This document shows, piece after piece, positions 18,524 through 26,004 of a stretch of 64,000 nucleotides of DNA; the stretch's first letter is position 1, and the number at the start of each line of letters is the position of its first letter. The translations under genes and the position numbers were made by a program. The notes below the pieces were generated by a model. The model had not been told where the DNA came from and ran no database searches. It saw nothing but the letters and a program-made list of their open reading frames with translations. Source of the stretch: Anaerolineales bacterium (GTDB taxonomy: Bacteria > Chloroflexota > Anaerolineae > Anaerolineales > Villigracilaceae). Location: positions 11,604 to 75,603 of the forward strand of contig DAOUMJ010000209.1 in assembly GCA_034411715.1 (NCBI GenBank). The letters run 5' to 3'.

Positions 18524-21500
18524 GCCTGTCGGCGCGGTGATGGTTGTCGGCGGAGGCATCGCGGGCATGCAGGCCTCGCTCGACCTGGCCGAGCAGGGAT
18601 TCAAAGTCTATTTGGTGGAGAAAAATTCCGCCATCGGCGGACACATGGCGCAATTGGATAAGACCTTCCCGACCAACGACTGCGCCATGTGCACCATCTC
18701 GCCTCGCCTGGTAGAAACGGGCCGACATCCGAACATCGAAATCCTCACGAACTCCGAAGTTCTCGACATGACCGGCCAGGCGGGCAATTTCACTGCGACC
18801 ATCGAGCGGCGGCCGCGCTACATTGATACGACCAAATGTATTGCCTGCGGCGATTGCGTCAAGGTCTGCCCGGTGCTTGTGCCGGACACTTTCAACGAAG
18901 GGCTTGCCTCCCGCCGCGCGGCCTACAAACTTTATCCGCAAGCCGTTCCCAATGCCTTCGCAATCGAGAAGAACGGCATCGCCCCATGCCGGGACGCCTG
19001 TCCTGCCCATCAGCGCGCACAGGGATACATCGCGCTGATCCGCGAGGGCCGTTGGGCGGACGCGCTGCGCGTCATCAAAATGGACAATCCCTTCCCCGGC
19101 ATCTGCGGGCGCATCTGCAACCACCGCTGCGAAACGGCCTGCAATCGCGGCGAAGTGGACGAACCGATCAATATCCGCGCCCTCAAACGATTCGTGACCG
19201 ACAAGGTGTATTCCGAGCCGCGCCAACCCGTCGGGCCGGTCGAGATCAAATATCCGGATCAACGCGTCGCCATCATCGGCGCGGGACCGTGCGGATTGAC
19301 CGCCGCGCAAGACATTATCCGACAGGGTTATCCGGTCACGATTTTCGAAGCCATGCCGGTCGCGGGCGGGATGTTACGCCTGGGCGTGCCGGAGTTCCGC
19401 CTGCCGGCCGAGATCATCGAGCGCGAGGTGGCGGACATTGTTGACCTGGGCATCGAGTTGAGACTCAATACGCCCGTGACCAATCTCGACGATATTTTCA
19501 ACGAGGGATTTACTTCGGTGTTGATTTCCGTCGGCGCGCACGAGGGCGTGCGCCTGCCGATCCCCGGCGCGAATTTGGACGGCGTCATAATCAATACTCA
19601 GTTCTTGAAGGATGTGCGTTTGGGAAAATATGAAACAAAAGATGAAAGCGGAAAGCCTGCCCTGAGCGAAGTCGAAGGGATGAAAGAGGAAAGAGGCGAC
19701 GGTTCCGATAATTCATCTTTCATCTCTCATCTTTCATCTTTGGGTAAGAACGTTCTCGTCCTCGGCGGCGGAAACGTGGCGATTGACGTGGCGCGGACAG
19801 CCGTGCGTTTGGGTTGCAAGGTCTCGATGGCTTGCCTGGAAAGCCGCGAACAAATGCCCGCGCACGAATGGGAGATTCAAGCCGCGCTCGACGAAGGCAT
19901 CGCAATTTACAACGACCGTTCTTTCGAGCAAATCTTCAGCGACGAAAACGGGCGCGCTCGCGGCGTGGAATGTATGCAGGTCAGTTCGTTCAGTTTCGAC
20001 GAGATGGGACGGTTGAGCGTCGAGAAAATCCCTGAGTCGAATCACGTCCTCCCGTGCGACACGGTCATTTTCTCGGTCGGGCAGCGCGCAGGTCTGGCGT
20101 TCATCCCCGCCGACGCGGGCGTCGGTCTCACCGAACGCAAGACCATCGCCATCAATCCCAACACCTTTGCCGCCACACGTCCCGGCGTCTTCGCGGCGGG
20201 CGATAGCGTCAGCGGGACGGCCTTTGTCATCGAGGCGGTTGCCAGCGGACACAAAGCGGCGGAATCCATTCTTCGTTATTTGCAAGGCGAGGCGCTGGAA
20301 CGTCCGCCCAAGCCTGAACTGCCGGTGGTCAAACTCACGCGGCAGGAGATTGACGACCGCATCGCGCGCGGCGAGATCAAAAAACAACCGCGCGTCCCAC
20401 TCCCCGAACTGCCCGTTGAACAACGCATCAACAACTTCATCGAAGTCGAAGGCGGCTATGACGACGAATCGGCGCAGCGTGAGGCGGCGCGCTGCCTGGC
20501 CTGCGGCATCTGCTCGGAATGTATGTCCTGCACCTTCGCGTGCGGTGTCAACGCGATTGACCACGATATGGTGGCGCGGCAGGAAGCGCTCAACATCGGC
20601 GCGGTGATCCTCGCGCCGGGCTATCAGGCGTATCACGCGGAACTGTCGGAGGAATTCGGCTACGGACGCTACCCGAACGTGGTCACGTCCCTGCAATTCG
20701 AACGCCTCCTCTCCGCCTCCGGCCCGACGATGGGACACGTCCACCGGCCCTCGGATCATCGCCCGCCGAAGCGGATCGCCTTCCTCCAGTGCATCGGCTC
20801 GCGCGACCAGACTCACGATTACTGCTCGGCGGTGTGCTGTATGTATGCGACGAAGGAAGCGGTCATCGCGAAAGAGCACCAGCCTGGGCTGGACGTTCAC
20901 GTTTTTATGATGGACATGCGCGCCTTCTCGAAAGGCTATTGGGGATATTTCGAGCGCGCCCGCGAGAGATATGGAATCCAATACCATCGTTCGCGCGTCA
21001 GCATGATCCGCGAAGACCCGAATACGCATGATTTGATTCTCAGTTACATGAGTGATCAGTTATCAGTAATCAGTGATCAGTTTGATATGGTCGTACTTTC
21101 CGTCGGGATGGAAATCTCCGAGTCGGTCAGAAATCTTGGGCGGCGATTGGGCGTCGAACTGGACGATTACGGATTCTGCCAGACGGTCCAGTTCAACCCG
21201 CTCGAAACTTCGCGGCCGGGAATCTACGCCGTCGGGCCGTTCCGCGAGCCGAAAGACATTCCCGAATCGGTCGTCGAGGGGAGCGGAGCGGCCGGGGCGG
21301 CCGCGGCCCGCCTCAGTCACGCGCGATTCGCCCTGACCGTCAGCCGCGAATATCCCGAGGAGCGGGACGTCAGCCAGGAGTCGCCGCGCGTCGGCGTCTT
21401 CGTCTGCTCGTGCGGCACGAACATCGGCGGCTTTGTGGACGTGCCAACGGTCTCAGAGTACGCGTCGAAGTTGCCAAACGTGGTTCACGCCGAGTCGAAT

Positions 21501-23162
21501 CTTTATACTTGTTCGCAGGACAGCATCAAGCACATCACCGAGCAGGTGATCGAGCATGGATTGAACCGCGTGGTGGTAGCGAGTTGCACGCCGCTGACGC
21601 ATCAGCCGCTGTTTCAGGATAGCATCCGCATGGCGGGGTTGAACCCGTACCTGTACGAGATGGCGAATATTCGCAATCAGTGTTCGTGGGTGCATTCGAC
21701 GGACAAGGAAGCCGCGACGGCCAAAGCCAAAGACCTGGTGCGCGCGGCGGTGGCGCGCGCCGCGTTGCTCGAAGCGCAGCACACGATTGACGTGCCGGTG
21801 AAAAACGCCGCGCTGATCGTTGGCGGAGGCGTCGCGGGGATGACGGCTGCCCTTTCCTTGGCGGAACAAGGATTCCCGGTGCATCTCGTGGAACGGGAAG
21901 CGGAACTCGGCGGTAACTTGCGATACGTGACTGCCCTCACCCCCGGCCCCTCTCCAGATTACGGGAGAGGGGGGCAAAGAAGCCCGCAAGAAATTTTGCA
22001 AAGCCTGGCGGAAAAAATTCAAGCAAATCCAAATATCGCCCTGCACATGAACAGCGAGGTTGCGTCCTCCGCTGGCTTCATGGGCAATTTCACCAGCACG
22101 CTCAAAGGCCGCGACGGAAGCCGCTGTGAGATCGCGCACGGCGCGACCATCCTCGCGACCGGCGCGCAGGAGTATCGTGGTCCTGAATATGGCTATGGGA
22201 GCGATCCGCGCATTGTGACGCAGCAGGAATTCGAGGCGGTGTTGGCAGGTAAACAGGTAAACATGTACACAGGTACACAGGGCGGCTCATCCCTGTCTGC
22301 CTGTTTACCTGTGTACGTGTCTACCGCCTCACCAGACTCCGTCGTTATGATCCAATGCGTCGGGCCGGCAGAAAAATTCTGTGCGCGCATTTGCTGTGCG
22401 GTGGCGCTGAAGAACGCGATTCGACTCAAGGAAGTCAATCCAAAAGCGGAAGTTGTGATTCTGTATCGCGACATCCGCACTTATGGTTTCAAGGAACGGT
22501 TGTATACAGAGGCGCGCGAAAAGGGCGTGGTTTTCATTCGCTATGAGCCTGAACGCAAACCGGAAGTCGCAATTACCAATTACCAATTACCAATTACCGT
22601 TCAAGTTTGGGAGCCTGTTTTACGAAAGGAACTGACCCTCCATCCCGACCTGCTCGTGCTTTCGATGCCGGTTGTACCCAGAGAGGATGCTCACGAAACG
22701 GCGGCCGCGTTTAAAGTCCCGCGCGACGCGGACGGGTTCTTCCTCGAAGCGCACGTCAAACTGCGCCCGGTGGATTTCGCCTCGGACGGCGCTTTCATGG
22801 CTGGGATGGCGCATTATCCGAAATTGCTTGAAGAAACCATGATCCAGGCGCAGGCCGCGGCGGCGCGGGCGGCGCGCGTTCTCAGCCGCGAAACGCTAAC
22901 CGCGGGCGGGCGCGTCGCAGTGGTGGATCAAACTCAATGCACCGGCTGTCTGACCTGCGTCCGCATCTGTCCGTTTGGCGTGCCGAAGATTCGCATTGAC
23001 ATGACCGGCGTCGGCGGAATTGTTGGCGCGGCTTATGTCGAAGCCGCCGTCTGTCAAGGCTGTGGCATTTGCGCGGCGGAATGTCCCGCGCGCGCGATCC
23101 AGTTAATGCACTACACCGACGCGCAGATGACGGCGAAGGTTGGCGCGTTGATACAAGGATGA
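18411..23162 (+). CDS. Giant HdrA / GltD(NfnB)-like / HdrA fusion flavoprotein (HdrL-like, 1583 aa)
   Basis: HdrA N-terminus 'VVGGGIAGMQASLDLAEQG..TNDCAMC'. GltD-like block 'CPAHQRAQGYIALIREGRWADALRVIKMDNPFPGICGRICNHRCETAC...RVAIIGAGPCGLTAAQD'. HdrA core 'LQCIGSRDQTHDYCSAVCCMYATKEA'. Second FAD site 'IVGGGVAGMTAALSLAEQG'. C-terminal ferredoxin 'CTGCLTCVRICPFG..CQGCGICAAECP'. Repeat elements lie in frame inside it. The exact start is uncertain because it falls inside a repeat. Confidence 0.85.
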   Translation: MKDEMKVPAKEEDERMKSNDSSFIPSTSLRASLHNSSLPVGAVMVVGGGIAGMQASLDLAEQGFKVYLVEKNSAIGGHMAQLDKTFPTNDCAMCTISPRLVETGRHPNIEILTNSEVLDMTGQAGNFTATIERRPRYIDTTKCIACGDCVKVCPVLVPDTFNEGLASRRAAYKLYPQAVPNAFAIEKNGIAPCRDACPAHQRAQGYIALIREGRWADALRVIKMDNPFPGICGRICNHRCETACNRGEVDEPINIRALKRFVTDKVYSEPRQPVGPVEIKYPDQRVAIIGAGPCGLTAAQDIIRQGYPVTIFEAMPVAGGMLRLGVPEFRLPAEIIEREVADIVDLGIELRLNTPVTNLDDIFNEGFTSVLISVGAHEGVRLPIPGANLDGVIINTQFLKDVRLGKYETKDESGKPALSEVEGMKEERGDGSDNSSFISHLSSLGKNVLVLGGGNVAIDVARTAVRLGCKVSMACLESREQMPAHEWEIQAALDEGIAIYNDRSFEQIFSDENGRARGVECMQVSSFSFDEMGRLSVEKIPESNHVLPCDTVIFSVGQRAGLAFIPADAGVGLTERKTIAINPNTFAATRPGVFAAGDSVSGTAFVIEAVASGHKAAESILRYLQGEALERPPKPELPVVKLTRQEIDDRIARGEIKKQPRVPLPELPVEQRINNFIEVEGGYDDESAQREAARCLACGICSECMSCTFACGVNAIDHDMVARQEALNIGAVILAPGYQAYHAELSEEFGYGRYPNVVTSLQFERLLSASGPTMGHVHRPSDHRPPKRIAFLQCIGSRDQTHDYCSAVCCMYATKEAVIAKEHQPGLDVHVFMMDMRAFSKGYWGYFERARERYGIQYHRSRVSMIREDPNTHDLILSYMSDQLSVISDQFDMVVLSVGMEISESVRNLGRRLGVELDDYGFCQTVQFNPLETSRPGIYAVGPFREPKDIPESVVEGSGAAGAAAARLSHARFALTVSREYPEERDVSQESPRVGVFVCSCGTNIGGFVDVPTVSEYASKLPNVVHAESNLYTCSQDSIKHITEQVIEHGLNRVVVASCTPLTHQPLFQDSIRMAGLNPYLYEMANIRNQCSWVHSTDKEAATAKAKDLVRAAVARAALLEAQHTIDVPVKNAALIVGGGVAGMTAALSLAEQGFPVHLVEREAELGGNLRYVTALTPGPSPDYGRGGQRSPQEILQSLAEKIQANPNIALHMNSEVASSAGFMGNFTSTLKGRDGSRCEIAHGATILATGAQEYRGPEYGYGSDPRIVTQQEFEAVLAGKQVNMYTGTQGGSSLSACLPVYVSTASPDSVVMIQCVGPAEKFCARICCAVALKNAIRLKEVNPKAEVVILYRDIRTYGFKERLYTEAREKGVVFIRYEPERKPEVAITNYQLPITVQVWEPVLRKELTLHPDLLVLSMPVVPREDAHETAAAFKVPRDADGFFLEAHVKLRPVDFASDGAFMAGMAHYPKLLEETMIQAQAAAARAARVLSRETLTAGGRVAVVDQTQCTGCLTCVRICPFGVPKIRIDMTGVGGIVGAAYVEAAVCQGCGICAAECPARAIQLMHYTDAQMTAKVGALIQG
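19628..19742. repeat. GATGAAG-family palindromic element in frame inside the GltD-like part of hdrL
   Basis: Left AAAGATGAAAGCGGAAAG. Core CCTGAGCGAAGTCGAAGGGATGAAAGAGG. Right TTCATCTTTCATCTCTCATCTTTCATCTTT. Translates to 'YETKDESGKPALSEVEGMKEERGDGSDNSSFISHLSSL'. Confidence 0.85.
21947..21972. repeat. CCCCTCTCC...GGAGAGGGG hairpin in frame in hdrL
   Basis: CCCCTCTCC [AGATTACG] GGAGAGGGG. Translates within 'TPGPSPDYGRGGQ', which is extra relative to the HdrA paralogue. Confidence 0.8.
22246..22325. repeat. GTACACAG-family palindrome in frame inside the hdrL-like CDS
   Basis: CAGGTAAACAGGTAAACATGTACACAGGTACACAGGG [CGGCTCAT] CCCTGTCTGCCTGTTTACCTGTGTACGTGTCTACC. Translates to 'AGKQVNMYTGTQGGSSLSACLPVYVST', a segment with no counterpart in the HdrA paralogue (14701..17865). 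Confidence 0.85.
22571..22598. repeat. (AATTACC)x4 heptamer tract inside hdrL
   Basis: AATTACCAATTACCAATTACCAATTACC. Related tracts at 36587-36610 (in res) and 59451-59478 (upstream of fdhA). Confidence 0.9.
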
Positions 23163-23187
23163 AGGATGAAAGATGAAGGATGAAATT
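23157..23187. repeat. GATGAAG heptamer array containing the hdrL stop codon
   Basis: GGATGAAGGATGAAAGATGAAGGATGAAATT. The TGA at 23160-23162 is part of the first unit. Confidence 0.85.
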
Positions 23188-23232
23188 GCGTGGAACGTGT
23201 TGCGTCCCTTCGACTTCACTCAGGACAAGATT

Positions 23233-23274
23233 GTGTGTTCCGTGTTTACCTGTGCACTTGTGTACCTGTCTACC
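23233..23274. repeat. GTACACAG-family half element (reverse-orientation arm only), upstream of the Sec-mvhD
   Basis: GTGTGTTCCGTGTTTACCTGTGCACTTGTGTACCTGTCTACC. Confidence 0.75.
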
Positions 23275-23285
23275 TGACGCGACCA

Positions 23286-23711
23286 ATGAATGAACCGTTG
23301 AACATCATCGCTTATTGCTGTGAGCATTGCGCCTACGCCGCGGCCGATCTCGCGGGCGGACTGCGGATGCAGTATCCGCCTTCGGTGAAGGTGGTGCTGT
23401 TGCCCTGCACCGGTAAGCTGGATGTGCTGCTGGCGCTGAAAGCCTTCGAGGACGGCGCGGACGGCGTGATGACGGCTGGCTGACTGCCGGGCGACTGCCA
23501 TTACCTGGAAGGTAATGCTAATGCAAAGCGCAGAGTGGAATACCTGCAATCATTATTGAAAGAAATCGGCCTGGAGCCGGAGCGGGCGCGCATGTTCAAT
23601 CTCTCGGCGGCCATGGCTGGAAAATTTGTGGAAGCGACGAAAGAAATGACGGAGAAGATTGAAAAGTTGGGTCCGAATCCGTTGAAAACAAGGATGAATG
23701 ATGAAGGATGA
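23286..23711 (+). CDS. mvhD: MvhD-type protein with in-frame UGA (23481-23483) read as selenocysteine. The ORF track truncates it at 23483.
   Basis: Collinear with the paralogue at 17880: 'GADGVYVVAC-PIGNCHH' versus 'GADGVMTAG[UGA]LPGDCHY'. The frame stays open after the UGA for 75 codons with homology to the end ('KLGPNPLK'). A hairpin lies 16 nt downstream. Confidence 0.8.
23499..23517 (+). promoter_or_regulatory. Candidate bacterial SECIS hairpin for mvhD UGA
   Basis: Perfect 7-bp stem CATTACC / GGTAATG with loop TGGAA, starting 16 nt after the UGA. Confidence 0.5.
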
Positions 23712-23720
23712 AGGATGAAA
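23691..23720. repeat. GATGAAG heptamer array (left flank of the four-helix-bundle gene) containing the Sec-mvhD stop
   Basis: AGGATGAATGATGAAGGATGAAGGATGAAA. Confidence 0.85.
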
Positions 23721-23760
23721 AACGTAATACGGAAATCGCGCAAAGATATGGAGACGATCA

Positions 23761-24132
23761 ATGAACAATGAACAGCCACAAGACTTGCGGACAAGGACGA
23801 GCGATTTTGCATTGAGAATCATTCGGCTGTATGTAAGCCTGCCAAAGGCAACCGAAGCCCAGGTCATCGGAAAGCAGGTTCTACGTTCAGGCACATCGGT
23901 TGGCGCGCATTATCGCGAGGGTCATCGAGCGAAGTCCGACGCCGATATCATCAATAAATTCGAGACCGCGTTGCAGGAATTGGACGAGACCGATTACTGG
24001 TTGGAATTGCTCGTGAAAGCCGATATTGTCCCTGCCCAAAAACTGGAATCGCTTCGCAAAGAAACGAGCGAACTTCTCGCAATATTCACAACCATCGTAA
24101 CCAAAATCAAGAAGAGAACTGGAAAGAAGTGA
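23761..24132 (+). CDS. Four-helix-bundle protein (23S rRNA intervening-sequence protein family)
   Basis: 'FALRIIRLYVSLPKATEAQVIGKQVLRSGTSVGAHYREGHRAKSDADIINKF..ALQELDETDYWLELL' matches the family signature. AT-richer than its neighbours and flanked by inverted GATGAAG arrays. Confidence 0.8.
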   Translation: MNNEQPQDLRTRTSDFALRIIRLYVSLPKATEAQVIGKQVLRSGTSVGAHYREGHRAKSDADIINKFETALQELDETDYWLELLVKADIVPAQKLESLRKETSELLAIFTTIVTKIKKRTGKK

Positions 24133-24139
24133 TGAAACC

Positions 24140-24173
24140 CATTCATCCTTCATCCTTTATCCTTCATCCTTTC
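24140..24173. repeat. Inverted GATGAAG array (right flank of the four-helix-bundle gene)
   Basis: CATTCATCCTTCATCCTTTATCCTTCATCCTTTC, the reverse complement of the units at 23691-23720. Confidence 0.85.
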
Positions 24174-24184
24174 GGAGGTGAAGA

Positions 24185-24868
24185 ATGATCGTTGCAGAAC
24201 AAAAAACTTTGGAAGAGATCAAGAACCTGGTCGGCGGCGCGAAGAACGTGCTGGTCGTCGGATGCGGCACGTGCGTCACCGTCTGCTTCGCAGGCGGGGC
24301 GCGCGAGGCGGCCATCGTCTCGGCCGAGTTGCGGATGGCCTCCAAACTCGACGGCGACCCGAAAGCCGTCACCGATGTGACCGTCCAGCGGCAATGCGAG
24401 TGGGAGTATCTCGATGAGATCGCCGAGCAGATCAAGGATGTGGATGTGGTGCTTTCGCTTGGCTGCGGCGTGGGCGTGCAAGCCATCGCGGAACACTTCC
24501 CGAACGCGTGGGTTGTGCCTGGGCTGAATACCAAGTTCATGGGACTGCCGACCGAGCAGGGAGTCTGGGCGGAACGTTGCGCGGCCTGCGGCGACTGCAT
24601 CCTCGGGCTGACGGGCGGAATCTGCCCGATCGCGCGCTGTTCCAAGTCGCTTCTTAATGGACCTTGCGGCGGGTCGCTGGATGGACACTGCGAGATCAAC
24701 GAGGAGGTCTCCTGCGCCTGGCAGTTGATCTATGACCGCTTGAAGAGTATGGACAAACTGGAAGTCCTCATGGACATCCAGCCGCCCAAGAATTGGCGAA
24801 CGTCCCGCGACGGCGGCCCGCGCAAGATCGTGCGCGAAGACCTGCGTCTGATCGCAGAGGAGAAGTAG
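24185..24868 (+). CDS. metV: Methylene-THF reductase small subunit (MetV, Cys-rich MTHFR_C-type)
   Basis: 'VVGCGTCVTVCFAGG', 'CAACGDCILGLTGGICPIARCSKSLLNGPCGGS..GHCE'. Immediately upstream of metF. Confidence 0.85.
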   Translation: MIVAEQKTLEEIKNLVGGAKNVLVVGCGTCVTVCFAGGAREAAIVSAELRMASKLDGDPKAVTDVTVQRQCEWEYLDEIAEQIKDVDVVLSLGCGVGVQAIAEHFPNAWVVPGLNTKFMGLPTEQGVWAERCAACGDCILGLTGGICPIARCSKSLLNGPCGGSLDGHCEINEEVSCAWQLIYDRLKSMDKLEVLMDIQPPKNWRTSRDGGPRKIVREDLRLIAEEK

Positions 24869-24870
24869 AC

Positions 24871-25896
24871 ATGGCTGGCACAAACGGTTATCTCTCCGGC
24901 TCGAATCTCGAGCGTGTTTTGAAAAACGGTCACTTTGCCGTCACTGCCGAACTCGGCCCACCCCAGAACGCGGATGGAAATGTGATTCGAAAAAAAGTCG
25001 GTCTGCTGAAGGGATATTGTGACGCCGCCAACCTGACCGACAACCAGACCGCCATCGTGCGCATGTCCAGCATCGGCGCGGGGGCGATCCTGGTGCAGGA
25101 GGGAATCGAACCCGTTATCCAGATGGTCTGCCGCGACCGCAACCGCCTGGCCATGCAAAGCGACCTGCTCGGCGCGTACGCGCTCGGCATCCGCAACCTG
25201 CTGTGTCTCACCGGCGACCATCAGACCTTCGGAAACCATCCCACCGCTAAGAATGTGTTCGACATTGACTCCACCCAGATGGTGCAGATGGTGACGGACA
25301 TGCGCGATAAGCGCGTCTTCCAGTGCGGCGAGGAATTGAAAGGACAGGAACCGCGCTTTTTCGTCGGCGCGGCCGAATCACCCTTCGCGCATCCGGTGGA
25401 CTTCCGTCCGTACCGCCTCGGCAAGAAGGTCAAGGCGGGCGCGAGTTTCATCCAGACGCAACTGGTCTTCGACATCGCGGCCTTCAAGAAGTTCATGGAA
25501 AAAGCGCGCGAGTTGGGCATCCACAAACAAACGTACATCCTAGCCGGAGTCGGTCCGCTCAAAAGCCCGACCATGGCGAAGTACATGAAAGATAACGTAC
25601 CAGGCATTTTGATTCCCGACGAATTGATCGCGCGCATGACCGCGGCCGGCAAACCCTGGGCTGGCAAGAACAAGGATGAGTTGACCGCCGAAGACAAGAA
25701 AGCCCGCTCGAAAGCCTGGCAGGAAGAAGGCATCAAGATCTGCATCGAACTCATCCGGCAAATGCGCGAGATCGAAGGCGTGTCGGGCGTGCATCTCATG
25801 TGCATCGAATGGGAAGAGGCGGTCAAGCCGATCGTCGAGGGCGCGGGGCTGTATCCGCGGCCAATCGTGGCTGAGCCGCAGGAAGTCAGACCCTAA
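24871..25896 (+). CDS. metF: Methylenetetrahydrofolate reductase
   Basis: Start at ATG 24871, 2 nt after the metV stop. 'FAVTAELGPP', 'NLTDNQTAIVRMSS', 'CRDRNRLAMQSDLLGAYALGIRNLLCLTGDH'. Confidence 0.88.
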   Translation: MAGTNGYLSGSNLERVLKNGHFAVTAELGPPQNADGNVIRKKVGLLKGYCDAANLTDNQTAIVRMSSIGAGAILVQEGIEPVIQMVCRDRNRLAMQSDLLGAYALGIRNLLCLTGDHQTFGNHPTAKNVFDIDSTQMVQMVTDMRDKRVFQCGEELKGQEPRFFVGAAESPFAHPVDFRPYRLGKKVKAGASFIQTQLVFDIAAFKKFMEKARELGIHKQTYILAGVGPLKSPTMAKYMKDNVPGILIPDELIARMTAAGKPWAGKNKDELTAEDKKARSKAWQEEGIKICIELIRQMREIEGVSGVHLMCIEWEEAVKPIVEGAGLYPRPIVAEPQEVRP

Positions 25897-26004
25897 AGGT
25901 TTTTCCGGCGAACCATGTGGAAAGTTCGCAGGAAAACCGTGTCTGAAGAGCTCGTTTGAATGCAAAGGAAACCTTTAGGGTCTCTCTTGCAAAGGAGATA
26001 GACG

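Noticed and set aside
21051-21080. The AGTGATC tract in hdrL (and the AATTACC tract at 22571) as net insertions.
   Set aside because: Alignment with the HdrA paralogue shows equal-length segments at both places. They are sequence replacements or in-situ repeats, not length-adding insertions, and are reported only as microsatellites.
23190-23483. A truncated or pseudogenised mvhD ending at the TGA at 23481.
   Set aside because: The TGA aligns with a conserved Cys of the paralogue. Homology continues in frame to a normal C-terminus, and a hairpin follows the TGA. A Sec codon is the better explanation.
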